DNA of 64,000 bases from Octopus vulgaris (Eukaryota), in assembly GCA_951406725.2 (NCBI GenBank), contig OX597820.1:40176001-40240000 (forward strand), read 5' to 3'. Every line of letters starts with the position of its first letter. The stretch's first letter is position 1. The position numbers and the translations under genes are program-made. The notes beneath the pieces are model-generated. The model made no database searches and had not been told where the DNA came from. It saw only the letters and a program-made list of their open reading frames with translations. Below are positions 53,359 through 64,000 of this stretch, piece by piece.

Positions 53359-53753
53359 ATAAAGTGATGGTTTGTTGCCAACTCAATGTGGAAATCCCAG
53401 TAAAGGGAAGAATGCTACTGGTATAAATCCCCAGAAAACACCGTTTCCACTTGGCCATGTGACACAAGCGTACTGTATCCTTGTTTCCAAACAGGGGAGA
53501 TAAGCACCTCCACCCAGCAAAGCCAACATCCAGAGAAACAAAGGCACTCTAGTCTCATGAAGAGCAATGACTCTGAAACTAGTCTCTAGTTGCTGGGAGG
53601 AGGTGCTTATCTTCCCTGTTTGAAAACAATAGGGCACAATACGCTTGTGCCATATGGCCAACTGGAAACGGTGTTTCCTGGGACTAAATAACAGTAGCAT
53701 TCTTCCCTTTGCTGTAACTGCTACATTAAGTTGGCAACAAAAAATGTCTTTAT
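53359..53753. mobile_element. fold-back element, ~160-bp imperfect inverted arms, 69-nt loop
   Basis: Paired blocks such as TTTGTTGCCAACT/AGTTGGCAACAAA, AAAGGGAAGAATGCTACTG/CAGTAGCATTCTTCCCTTT and AGATAAGCACCTCC/GGAGGTGCTTATCT. Confidence 0.9.
53549..53589 (+). ncRNA. hammerhead-like motif (G5>C variant) in loop of fold-back element
   Basis: CTAGt-CTCATGA-AGAG(CAATGA)CTCT-GAAA-CTAG-TC^tCTAG. Confidence 0.55.
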
Positions 53754-54335
53754 ATATACATGTATACAGTAATAGCTCGATATACGGGTTAAATTGTTCC
53801 CGGAGAAAACCGCTTGTAAATTGAAAACTCATAAAGCAGAGCAATAATTTTCCATAGTAAGAATGTTATAAATCGTAATTCGTTCCCAGAAAAATATTTT
53901 ACTTATGGAATTTATAATACTCGTAAATGTATGGCAATGAAACAACAGTAGTACGTAAAGAATATTTTTTGTAAAGTAAAATGAATGTGAAGATTATTAA
54001 TAGTATAATCGATTTCGGAATCCCTTTCACTCGCACTAGATTAGCATACACCACTCGTAGATACGATGGCCGATTCACAAGCTCTCGTAGAAGGACTTGT
54101 AGATTTCTTTTCAAAAAACAAGTCTAAAATTGTTTGCCTAGAATTTTTTTTTTTTTGGCTATTTTCTTGGGAACGCACAGAAGCATTTGTTATGGCAATA
54201 GAAACTTTTGCACTTCATTTAGAAAATGGCTGTTTAACAGATTTATATTTATTATAAAACTCGTAAACCCGGCGTCTCATAAAGAGGGGTCCTCATAAAG
54301 TGAGATATTATTGAATGTATACATACATACATACT

Positions 54336-54366
<31 letters not shown>

Positions 54367-54467
54367 TGCTGTTTTTACTGAGATCTCCCTTTTTAGTAGA
54401 AGAAATAGCTATAACTCTTTGACTGCTATTTCTAAATTCGGTATGTGTAAGGCAATTCGTTGCCAAA

Positions 54468-54522
<55 letters not shown>

Positions 54523-54529
54523 GTATATA

Positions 54530-54740
54530 TAACGGGAAGGTTTACGAAAATAAACAAAAGACGAAGGCAGGTGGAGTACAAACAAACAATGTATTAGTAT
54601 GGCGCTCAGGAATAGAAATAAAACAAGTCTTTTACGTTTCTCGAGCCTACGCTCTTCGACAGAAAGATACACAGAAAAGAAACAAGGAGAGAAACAAGGA
54701 GAGAAAAAAATTGCGTGTAGGGGCTAACGATCCAACATGA

Positions 54741-54742
<2 letters not shown>
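54530..54742 (-). mobile_element. ~200-bp (TA)n-flanked repeat, probable solo PLE terminal repeat with HHR-like motif
   Basis: Homologous to 59160-59357 in opposite orientation; TCTTT-CTGTCGA-A-GAGC(GTAG)GCTC-ga-GAAA-CGTA-AAAGA. Confidence 0.65.
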
Positions 54743-54808
<66 letters not shown>

Positions 54809-55599
54809 TCTTTTGTTTTTAATTATTTAAAATCTTCCTCTGCTAGTTTCTAACAAAGATACAAATCTCCATCGCTTGAACGTAGATGTTGTTGCCATTA
54901 ATGTTTAGGAAAAAGTCTTCCATATTTTTACTATTTCACTTACAGACTGTATTTGCAATGTGTGGGTTTGTCTATTTCTTTTTCTGAATAGGCATTTATT
55001 TACAAAAGCAATTGCATAAATTTTTCTTGGTATAAATATGAATTTATAATGTGGATATAGGAGCTGGAACTTTCGAAGTAGATATCTATAGTTAGCTTCT
55101 TATTGTCTTCTGAAACTAGAAACAAAACCAATGAAGGTATGGCCATTATTAATCGATATCTCAAAATGAAGATTTATAGAATAATGTAATTTGAAATATA
55201 CAATTACATATCGCTTGAATTCAATTTTTGAAACGTGTAGGAAACGTTAAATATTACAATCTTCGTCCGCATCTCCGAAGTGGTAATTGAATTCTTCGTG
55301 TTGAACTAAGCTTTGAGACTGAAACAGGAGGGACGGAACTCGTGTAAAATGGGACTGACTGATTACTATACCTTTCATTTGGATATCCAAGATAGTTACA
55401 CTGTGTCGCGCTGAATCCGCCTGACAGTTAAGTGAGGACCTGTGTGTAGAATTACGCCACATTAATTCGCTTAATAGGAAATTTTAGACGAACGAACTAC
55501 TGTATACTCATCTTCGAAATTACATTACATGAGCTAACAAGGGCTCCACATCATAGTAGCAATACTTGGTACTAGTATACTTCATGTCGTATGTACATA

Positions 55600-55865
55600 T
55601 GTATATGCATACAAACCTCGACCAACTATTCTGCCAATACTTCTGGGCACACCTTTGAATGCAGTATATGCCAGAGGGTTTGCAAATTCAGCGGAGTCCT
55701 CAAGAAACATTTTAAGAACCACAACGAGCAGGACTTATCTGTAGCTCTTGGTGTTCCAAATCGGAGGTGCAATCTATGTGGGTATCTCATCGGAACATTG
55801 TCTGGTTTAAAAATCCACATCAGATGCCATGCTGGGACTAAGGTGTAGGTGCAAGTGGTAGTAAA
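55600..55865 (+). mobile_element. two C2H2 zinc fingers, probably the C-terminus of an RTE-type LINE
   Basis: FECSICQRVCKFSGVLKKHFKNH and CNLCGYLIGTLSGLKIHIRCH then stop; no TGEKP linker, isolated among repeats. Confidence 0.5.
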
Positions 55866-55924
55866 ACACTGCATAAGGAGTAGACAACCACAATATACAT
55901 GTGTCTGGGAGAGACAGAGAAAGT

Positions 55925-55959
<35 letters not shown>

Positions 55960-56028
55960 TGAGCGTGAGAGTGAGAGAGAGAGAGAGCGTATATAGACAG
56001 ATAAATAACCAGACAAACAGACAGACAC

Positions 56029-56137
<109 letters not shown>

Positions 56138-56959
56138 CAGGTAGATAGATAGATTAATAGATAGATATATAGACAGACAGATATATATTTAGAACCGCCC
56201 AAGGAGGAAATTCATATTCGGTAACTCGACCCGTTAGAAATAGCACCCAAATCTCCTTCAAATTGCACCCCACCCCCGTTCAATGCTACTTATTTTTACA
56301 ATACACGTCCATCCTTGAGACCGTATGCTAATTCATCATAAAGCCAGAGAATCAGGTATTTTATTACTTATGTAACATTATATAACATTTTATATACACT
56401 GTAGTTACTGAACGACTGAAATTTATAAATACATTAAAAGAAGAATATCGAAAAACTATTTGCATTTGTCGGCCTTTTATTTTAGCCAATATTTTTTTCT
56501 TTATATTGTCTTAATTTAATTAATACCACATGGGAACTTCAAAACTGATTCTATATTTTAATATTCATTAATTCTTCAAAACAGCATAAATATTAGCGAG
56601 ATTTCGTACATATAGTAATGAAAAATTAATAAACTGTAGTTGGAAATTAAATCTTGATATATCGAGTAAACACGATGTTGTCTAGTAAGTTTCTTGTTTT
56701 CATGGGATAAGTATTTAAACTTTCAGATGTTAGGAAGATGATTGGTTCTGCTTTGATGATATTTATGAAATAACTTTTGATTGGTACAGCACTAAACTTG
56801 TAAGAATCTTTGAAATGAATGACAAATTAATAACAATTTAACTTCAAGTTTTATGAGAGTTGATATTAAAGAATTTTCAGGGCAACCTAGTGCATGCTTA
56901 TGAAAAATAAAATAACAATGATTTCATATATTATTACTGTAAACATGTAACAATATCGG

Positions 56960-57270
56960 TTTGAAACTTAGGCACGAGGCCAGCAATTTCGAGGGTGATG
57001 GTGACTAGGTGATGCCAGGAATACCAGTATTTCGTTAATACTTCATTATATCGAACCTCTCGAAAGGATAAAAGGTAAAGTTGACATCGTTAGGATTTGA
57101 ACTCAGGATTATAAGAGTGAAAATATATAACACAAAGCATAACTTTTCTACTATAGGCACACGGTCGGAAATTTGTAGGGAGCGGGGGGGAGGGGTACTA
57201 GTCGATTACATCGAATCCGGTGTTTTACTGATTCTTAATTTATCGATCCCCGAAAGGATGGAAGGCTTCA
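56960..57270 (-). mobile_element. two degraded SINE family B fragments
   Basis: GGATTTGAACTCAG, TTATCGA.CCC.GAAAGGAT motifs. Confidence 0.55.
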
Positions 57271-57569
57271 AATTATATCAAATTGCTTCAAGTATTAATG
57301 CAATCACAAGGTGTTATCGACACTACAACAGATAAATTCTTTCTATCTAAATGCCTTTATAAATGTGCGTATGCGTGTGTTTGTCCGTGTGTGCGTGTGT
57401 GAGTGTCTGTGTGTTTGTGTCTGTGTGATTGTGGGTGTGTCTGGAAGTTTACACAATCTGTATTGCTATGTCCCGTTGTAAGTTAATGGTTGTAAGAAAC
57501 TTTATACAAGTATGATAGCGTTGGGTAGCAAAAAGAAAAAAACAAAAATATTGTTTTTAGAGAAAATAA

Positions 57570-57709
57570 GGCCTTATTCTTTGTAAGCATAGTACTTATT
57601 CTATCAGTCTCTCTTGCCGAACCGCTAAGGGACGGGGAAGTAAACACACCAGCATCGGTTGTCAACCAATATTGGGTGGACAAACACAGAATCACAAACA
57701 TATACATAC

Positions 57710-57763
<54 letters not shown>

Positions 57764-57927
57764 GACGGGCTTATTTAGGTTTCCGTCTACCAAATCCACA
57801 CACAAGGTTTTGGTCAGCCCGAGGCTATAGTAGAAGACAGTTGCCCAAGGTGCCACGCAGTGGGACTGAACCGAGAACCATGAGGTTGGTAAGCAAGCTA
57901 CTTATCACACAGCTACTCCTACGCCTA
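57570..57927 (-). mobile_element. SINE family A
   Basis: Reverse complement matches 3342-3650. Confidence 0.88.
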
Positions 57928-58170
57928 TTTTAGAAAATATTTTGCACTTTTTACACACCCACGAGCACACTTATAGTCACTCGCATATGCATCTGCATGA
58001 ATGAATTATATATAGATTTCTAATATATATACAACAAATATTTACGTATGTCTATTTCTATACTGGTGCGCGTGTATGAATTATAGGCATACTTTTTTAA
58101 AACACATTATTTGTTTTCAGGGGTTACTCTTCCATACATGTCACTCCTCAAATCGAATGCCATGTTGCAA

Positions 58171-58234
<64 letters not shown>

Positions 58235-59159
58235 CGACATAGCCAGAGTCAGGCACACAGAGAGATACAGAGAGAGATTCATACATATAAAAGACACACA
58301 TGCATTTGCAGTATGTGAATATAATATGACATGAGAGTATGAGTTTGATGCAGAAAAGGAATGTATAAACTACATCCGATTTGCTAGATATATCAGACGG
58401 TGAAATATTCTTGGTTCTTGTATGAATTGGCGTCCTATCAATAGTTGGAAGATAGTCAAAAAACTGAAAACATATTTGATGTCAGAAGAAGTCAGTAAGG
58501 AACGAGTGCTGAGAAAAATATTGCTTCTATCCAAACCATAAGCAGAAAGGTCAAACGGAATATGGTTTATGTTTATCTTTTGTATTTGGTCTTGAACTTA
58601 CGTCAAATTCACAAGAGCAGGTGCACGCACAGTTATACACACACATACCTCCATGGTCACAGACAGATACACACAAACATACACAAATACAGACGCACAC
58701 AAACACATGCACATGGACACATAAAGGCACACACACGCACGCACAATCTAACATTAACACGTGTTTTCGAAATCATTCATTTACATACATGCATACAGAT
58801 AACATATAAAAATTTATACGCAAATATATATGAAAATACATACACACACACACACATACATATACACACAAATACACGAACGCTTATGTGTGTTTATGTG
58901 TGTGCGTGTGAGTGTATGTATGTATGTATCCGAAAAAAAAAAGAGAGAGAGACGGAGAGAGTAATGTGTATGTCTTCATTGTTATTGATTGATGTTTTAT
59001 TTATGGCTCACGAAAATTTTAACTTTTGTCTTCATATAAGAGATTTAATGCATTCCCAGAAATGTGTATCTACATACACGTACACAAACACACACACGTA
59101 CACACACACACACACACGTACACGTACACACACACACTTGCATATATATATACATATTC

Positions 59160-59354
59160 ACAATGATAGATCGCTAGCCACTATACATTCTTTATTTTCT
59201 CCTCTTGTTTCTTTCTGTGCTCCTTTCTGTTGAAGAGCGTAGGCTCGAATCGTCAAAGACTTTTTCCCTTCCCGAGCGTTATACTAATACATCTGTTTAT
59301 TTTCTACACCACCTGTCTTCGTCTTTTGTTTTTTTTTTTGTGAATTTTCCCCTT

Positions 59355-59357
<3 letters not shown>
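59160..59357 (+). mobile_element. second copy of the ~200-bp HHR-like-bearing repeat
   Basis: CTTT-CTGTTGA-A-GAGC(GTAG)GCTC-GAAT-CGTC-AAAG at 59223-59258; ends in (TA)n. Confidence 0.65.
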
Positions 59358-59400
<43 letters not shown>

Positions 59401-59614
59401 CATATATATATATATAACTATATACATATATACACATACATACATACATACATATACATATATATATAGAGATATAGATATAGATATATTGACAAATATA
59501 ATATCTCAATGTCTGTACATAAATAAACTTACACCTACAGTGAAGCATGCCTGATAGCATAAATATTAGAATTTGTAAATACACACACATACAGATACAT
59601 ACATACTTATATAC

Positions 59615-59717
<103 letters not shown>

Positions 59718-60536
59718 TCATATATATATTTATATATACGCATAACATGTATGTGTGCATACATGTATACATTTATGAAAATCTCTACATTTATCTTCCT
59801 TCCTCAAGAGAGTTTCTTCTCCTTTCTTCAATTTCAACACTTGAGCAACAATTCTTCCTTGCTGAGTCATCTTTTAAAATCATTGTGTCTTTGTGTTTCA
59901 AATTAATCCCGATGGCTTTCCTTTCTAATATTCATTTATTTAGAAAATATATGTCTGGTTTTAGATACTTCGTGTCATTATCCTATTCTTGTATCTAGTG
60001 CGTTGATAAATGTGTTATTGTTGCCCCCCACACACACACACACACCGGCCCAAACCTTTCCTTTGCAGCGGCTTCTAAGTAGATCATAGTCTGCTTTCAT
60101 AAAGTAACAAATTGTTATCTCTGATTTATAAATACAAATAGAAATTTAGGCGTTAGGTAGGTATCTATTTTAGTAGACATCAAAATCTCCACCAAAATTT
60201 GTTAATTAGAAAATTGTTAATGAAATCTTTGTTTTCGTGATTGGTATTTCTGTTTCTCTTGCAATATTACTTACTATTTAGTAATATATTCTGTTTTCGA
60301 AAGATCTCAAATAAATTAAATTATGTTACACACAGAGAGAATAAAAAACGTGGTCAAATGAAAATTATGACATGTGTAAATATAATGAAAACGATTTACC
60401 GTTTAAGTATTTCTTTCGAAAACATGTATAAAATAAAGAGAATTTCTGGATTTGGAGAGAGGTTTGCCTCCTGCGGTAACAATGTGAGGAATCTACGTGA
60501 AACATTAAATTCAGATCACACACGCACGCACACTCG

Positions 60537-60576
<40 letters not shown>

Positions 60577-61488
60577 CATACACATATATAAACCCAAAGA
60601 ATTACAAAGATCATGGAAACTAGTATATCTTCAATTTTTTTCTTTTAATATAACAGTTAATCACACAACGTAGCTGGTTACTTAAAATGACCGATACACT
60701 ATTACGGTACACGTCTGAATAATTTATCCCTCTGTACTCAACTTATATATATATCGGAAACTGAATATTTATTTTTATCGAAGTGTTCTAGCAAGAATCA
60801 ACAGGATCCTAAATGTAAATATGCAAAAGTCCACTTTAGTTCACACATTAATGCAATTAGTGACACAAGTTCCTTATCAACTTATACTTCTGAGAAATAA
60901 TATCATTCTGAGCTCATTTACGAACACTCTATACACTTCTAAGGTCGCTGAAGAACTTAACTAATAAGAAAGCATAACAGATTGAATTTTCAGCGTACAA
61001 CTTAATAGGAGAATCACTTCTAACTGCATTTGATATTTAATGAACTATCACTGGTGGTTTAGTTTTCTAACAGTTCGTATATTTGGTTCAAAGTTAAAGG
61101 CGTAATTTTAATAAATATTTATTTTACTACACCAACTTAAATATTGCTTGTAAATGCATCAGGCTGTTTATGGGGTTCTTCATACACACATGTTTTCCAT
61201 AATTAACTATAAGAAAACTGTATTATACACGTAGCTTAAATTGAAAGTACTAAATTTCAGCGATTAGTTAATTCATCACCATTCCTTCAAATATGCTGTA
61301 ATTAAATTTTAGATTTTTTTTCCATACAGACCTGTATTTCGTTTCATTCAAACTACATTGGCATTGAGTTGTATAACGGTATACTTACATTAGAAAATAG
61401 GAGACAGCTTGTTTTTAGACACCCCCCCACACACACACAAAAAAAAATACTTATTAATATGTAGGTGTTTAGGTATATGCGTATATTG

Positions 61489-61721
61489 TAAGGCGGCGAG
61501 CTGGCAGAAACGTTAGCACGCCGGGCGAAATGCTTAGCGGTATTTCGTCTGCCGTTACGTTGTGAGTTCAAATTCCGCCGAGGTCGACTTTGCCTTTCAT
61601 CCTTTCGGGGTCGATAAGTTAAGTACCAGTTACGCACTGGGGTCGATGTAGTCGACTTAATAACTATGTCTGTCCTTATTTGTCCCCTCTATGTTTAGCT
61701 CCTTGTGGGTAGTGAAGAAAC
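61489..61721 (+). mobile_element. SINE family B (Nin/Deu-like core), full length with TSD
   Basis: Core GCCTTTCATCCTTTCGGGGTCGATAA...AAGTACCAG; AGGTATAT(G/A)CGTATATTG duplicated at 61471-61488 and 61722-61739. Confidence 0.92.
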
Positions 61722-62220
61722 AGGTATATACGTATATTGCGGTGCTCCAGCACGGCCGTAATCAAATGTCTGAAACAAGTAAAAGAATAGAAGAATATGT
61801 AAATTCATATGCTTGTTAGCGTGTGTGCATGTGTGGATGTGTGTGTATGTGTGTAGATATTACGCTAACACTAATGAGTATATTTGCATATTTGCTTAAT
61901 GTTTTACGTACACGCACACATACACACACATATTCCTATACAAACTCACAGACATACACAGACGCATACACATTCACGCATACATGCACACACACACACA
62001 CACTCACACACACTCGCATACGTATGATTTGTATGAATTGAATGAGAAGTTCACAGTCAATTCTTAGTTACTTAACGGTTGTGAACAGCCAGAGGGGTGA
62101 AAATTACTACATCGCATACATCATATATACATACATGCATTTATGTATGTATGTATGATGTATGTATGTATGTATGTATGTATGTATGTATGTATGTATG
62201 TATGTATGTATGTATGTATG

Positions 62221-62249
<29 letters not shown>

Positions 62250-62251
<2 letters not shown>

Positions 62252-62765
62252 TCCAGTACAGCCTGTTGCCTGGTCGGGTCGTCGGCGACTAAACCGGCAA
62301 CCCCACCAAGCTTGCTTGGTGAGGAAGGTATTTATTGGACACCCTGCGGGATGAAAAACAAAGCCCGTCAAAGGGCGGAGGAACTCTTGAGAGTCAACGG
62401 CCATCCAATAAACGTCTTAAGGATGTATCATGCGCGGGGACATAGAAATAATCGGACTGAATACCCGATCGCGCGGTTAAACCATTGGGAGTGAATGACT
62501 CCTAGCCTTTGTTAGGGCATCCTTCTAGGAGAAGGTAACTCAGGTAACTGGGATAACTCCGACATAAAATCTGCGGATCAGTGGTTACCGATGATGTTGA
62601 CTTGTTCTTCTTTTCGGATTATAGCTGCTGTTGCTTAGCGAGTGGGATTGACTCAGTACACAGCCTTTCCTCACTTTAAAAAATCTTGCACAGGCATTGC
62701 ACGATAACAACATTGATTAAGCTTCGTGCAATGGCCATACTCAATAACGAGGAGGCAGCCACCGT
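62250..62765 (+). mobile_element. non-autonomous RTE derivative (5'UTR fused to 3' end)
   Basis: RTE-5'UTR-like GGGCATCCTTCTAGGAGAAGGTAACTC; RTE-like 3' end ATGGCCATACTCAATAACGAGGAGGCAGCC followed by (TATG)n; no RT coding. Confidence 0.6.
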
Positions 62766-62859
62766 ATATGTATGTATGTATGTATGTATGTATGAATGTA
62801 TGTATGTATATATGTATGAATCAATGAATGTGTGTATGTGTGTTTGTGTGTGTATACCC

Positions 62860-63180
62860 ACTATGCTGCTGGCACTCCGTCGCTTACGACGACGACGAGG
62901 GTTCCAGTTGATCCGATCCACGGAACAGCTTGCTCGTGGGATTAACGTGCAAGTGGCTGAGTACTCCACAAACATGCGTACCACTTCACACACCTCTCAT
63001 GTAGATTCTGAATGACACAGAGTGGGACAAGGCTAGTACCTTGAAATACAGCTACTACTCATTTTTGCAAGCCGAGTGGACTGGAGCAGCGCGAAATAAA
63101 GTGTCTTCCTGAAGAACACAACGCGCCGCCGGGAATCGAACTTGAGACCCTACGAATACACTAACTACTAAGCCACGTCT
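62860..63180 (-). mobile_element. tRNA-derived SINE family C
   Basis: Minus: CGTGGCTTAGTAGTTAG...GTTCGATTCCCGGCGG...GTGTTCTTCAGGAAGACACTTTATTTC...GCTCCAGTCCACTC; tail CTCGTCGTCG...CGACGGAGTGCC. Confidence 0.75.
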
Positions 63181-63726
63181 CTACACATACACTCTATACA
63201 TTCATACGTACATACATACATACATACATACATACATACATACATACAAACATACATACATACATACATATATACATACATACACATACATATATACATA
63301 CATACGTACATACGCATGTATTTATGTATGACGTATGCGATGTATGTATAGTAAAGTTAATTATAAGGTTTAGCTGTAAATCAATTATGGAATATAAGCC
63401 CACGAAGTAAAATGAGGATTAGTACGCGTACTAATGCCCGCATTTTCTAATGTGGGTTTATATGCTCCCATATTGAATTATTTTCTATAGTCAATACACG
63501 GTGAAATTTTCTAATTATCTTTACAATATTTTCGCTCGCCACTGTTTCTTAACAAAAGCAGAATACGCGCATATACATATATAAACATATATAAACCTTT
63601 CGACATGCATATACATATTCAGACATATATATACATAGATATACATATGCACTTGTAGTATGTCTAGATAGATACATTGAACAATGTAAATAGATATACA
63701 CTCTCAAACAAGCATACATACACAAA

Positions 63727-63807
<81 letters not shown>

Positions 63808-64000
63808 CTAATATCGTATACACACGCATATACATATATATATGTTTACACATTTATAAGTTTGCATTTAAATAAGTATAGGAAAAGAATGAGAAAGAGT
63901 TGTATCTGGGTATGTATAGGGGTGCGGTATAACTATGCATCCATTTCTTATTTTATTGCTTTGTCTTTCGTTATTTACGTTCTTGATTTCTATTTTATTT

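Noticed and set aside
55591-55848. Host C2H2 zinc-finger gene exon
   Set aside because: Only two fingers, no TGEKP linker, no further fingers or clear splice context; better explained as a LINE C-terminus.

Overview
AT-rich, microsatellite-saturated eukaryotic DNA. The repeat repertoire (tRNA-derived SINE families, RTE/CR1-like/Tx1 LINE relics, mariners, Helitrons, Penelope-like elements) looks like a cephalopod (Octopus-like) intergenic or intronic region; that taxonomic call is inference. I cannot support any host protein-coding gene, and nearly all ORFs in the track are microsatellite artefacts. The recognisable coding relics are a near full-length Penelope-like element (RT + GIY-YIG, 18.4-21.4 kb), two other PLE GIY-YIG fragments, a Helitron PIF1 fragment, several mariner transposase pieces and LINE 3' ends. 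The most striking signal is non-coding: about eleven hammerhead-ribozyme (HHR)-like motifs read by eye, several sitting in fold-back DNA. These include a 430-bp near-perfect palindrome carrying two mirror-image HHRs, a 160-bp-arm hairpin element with an HHR-like motif in its loop, a U3:A8 core-variant HHR ending the large PLE, and a near-canonical HHR next to a decayed ORF I do not recognise. All RNA structures were derived manually, and activity is untested.
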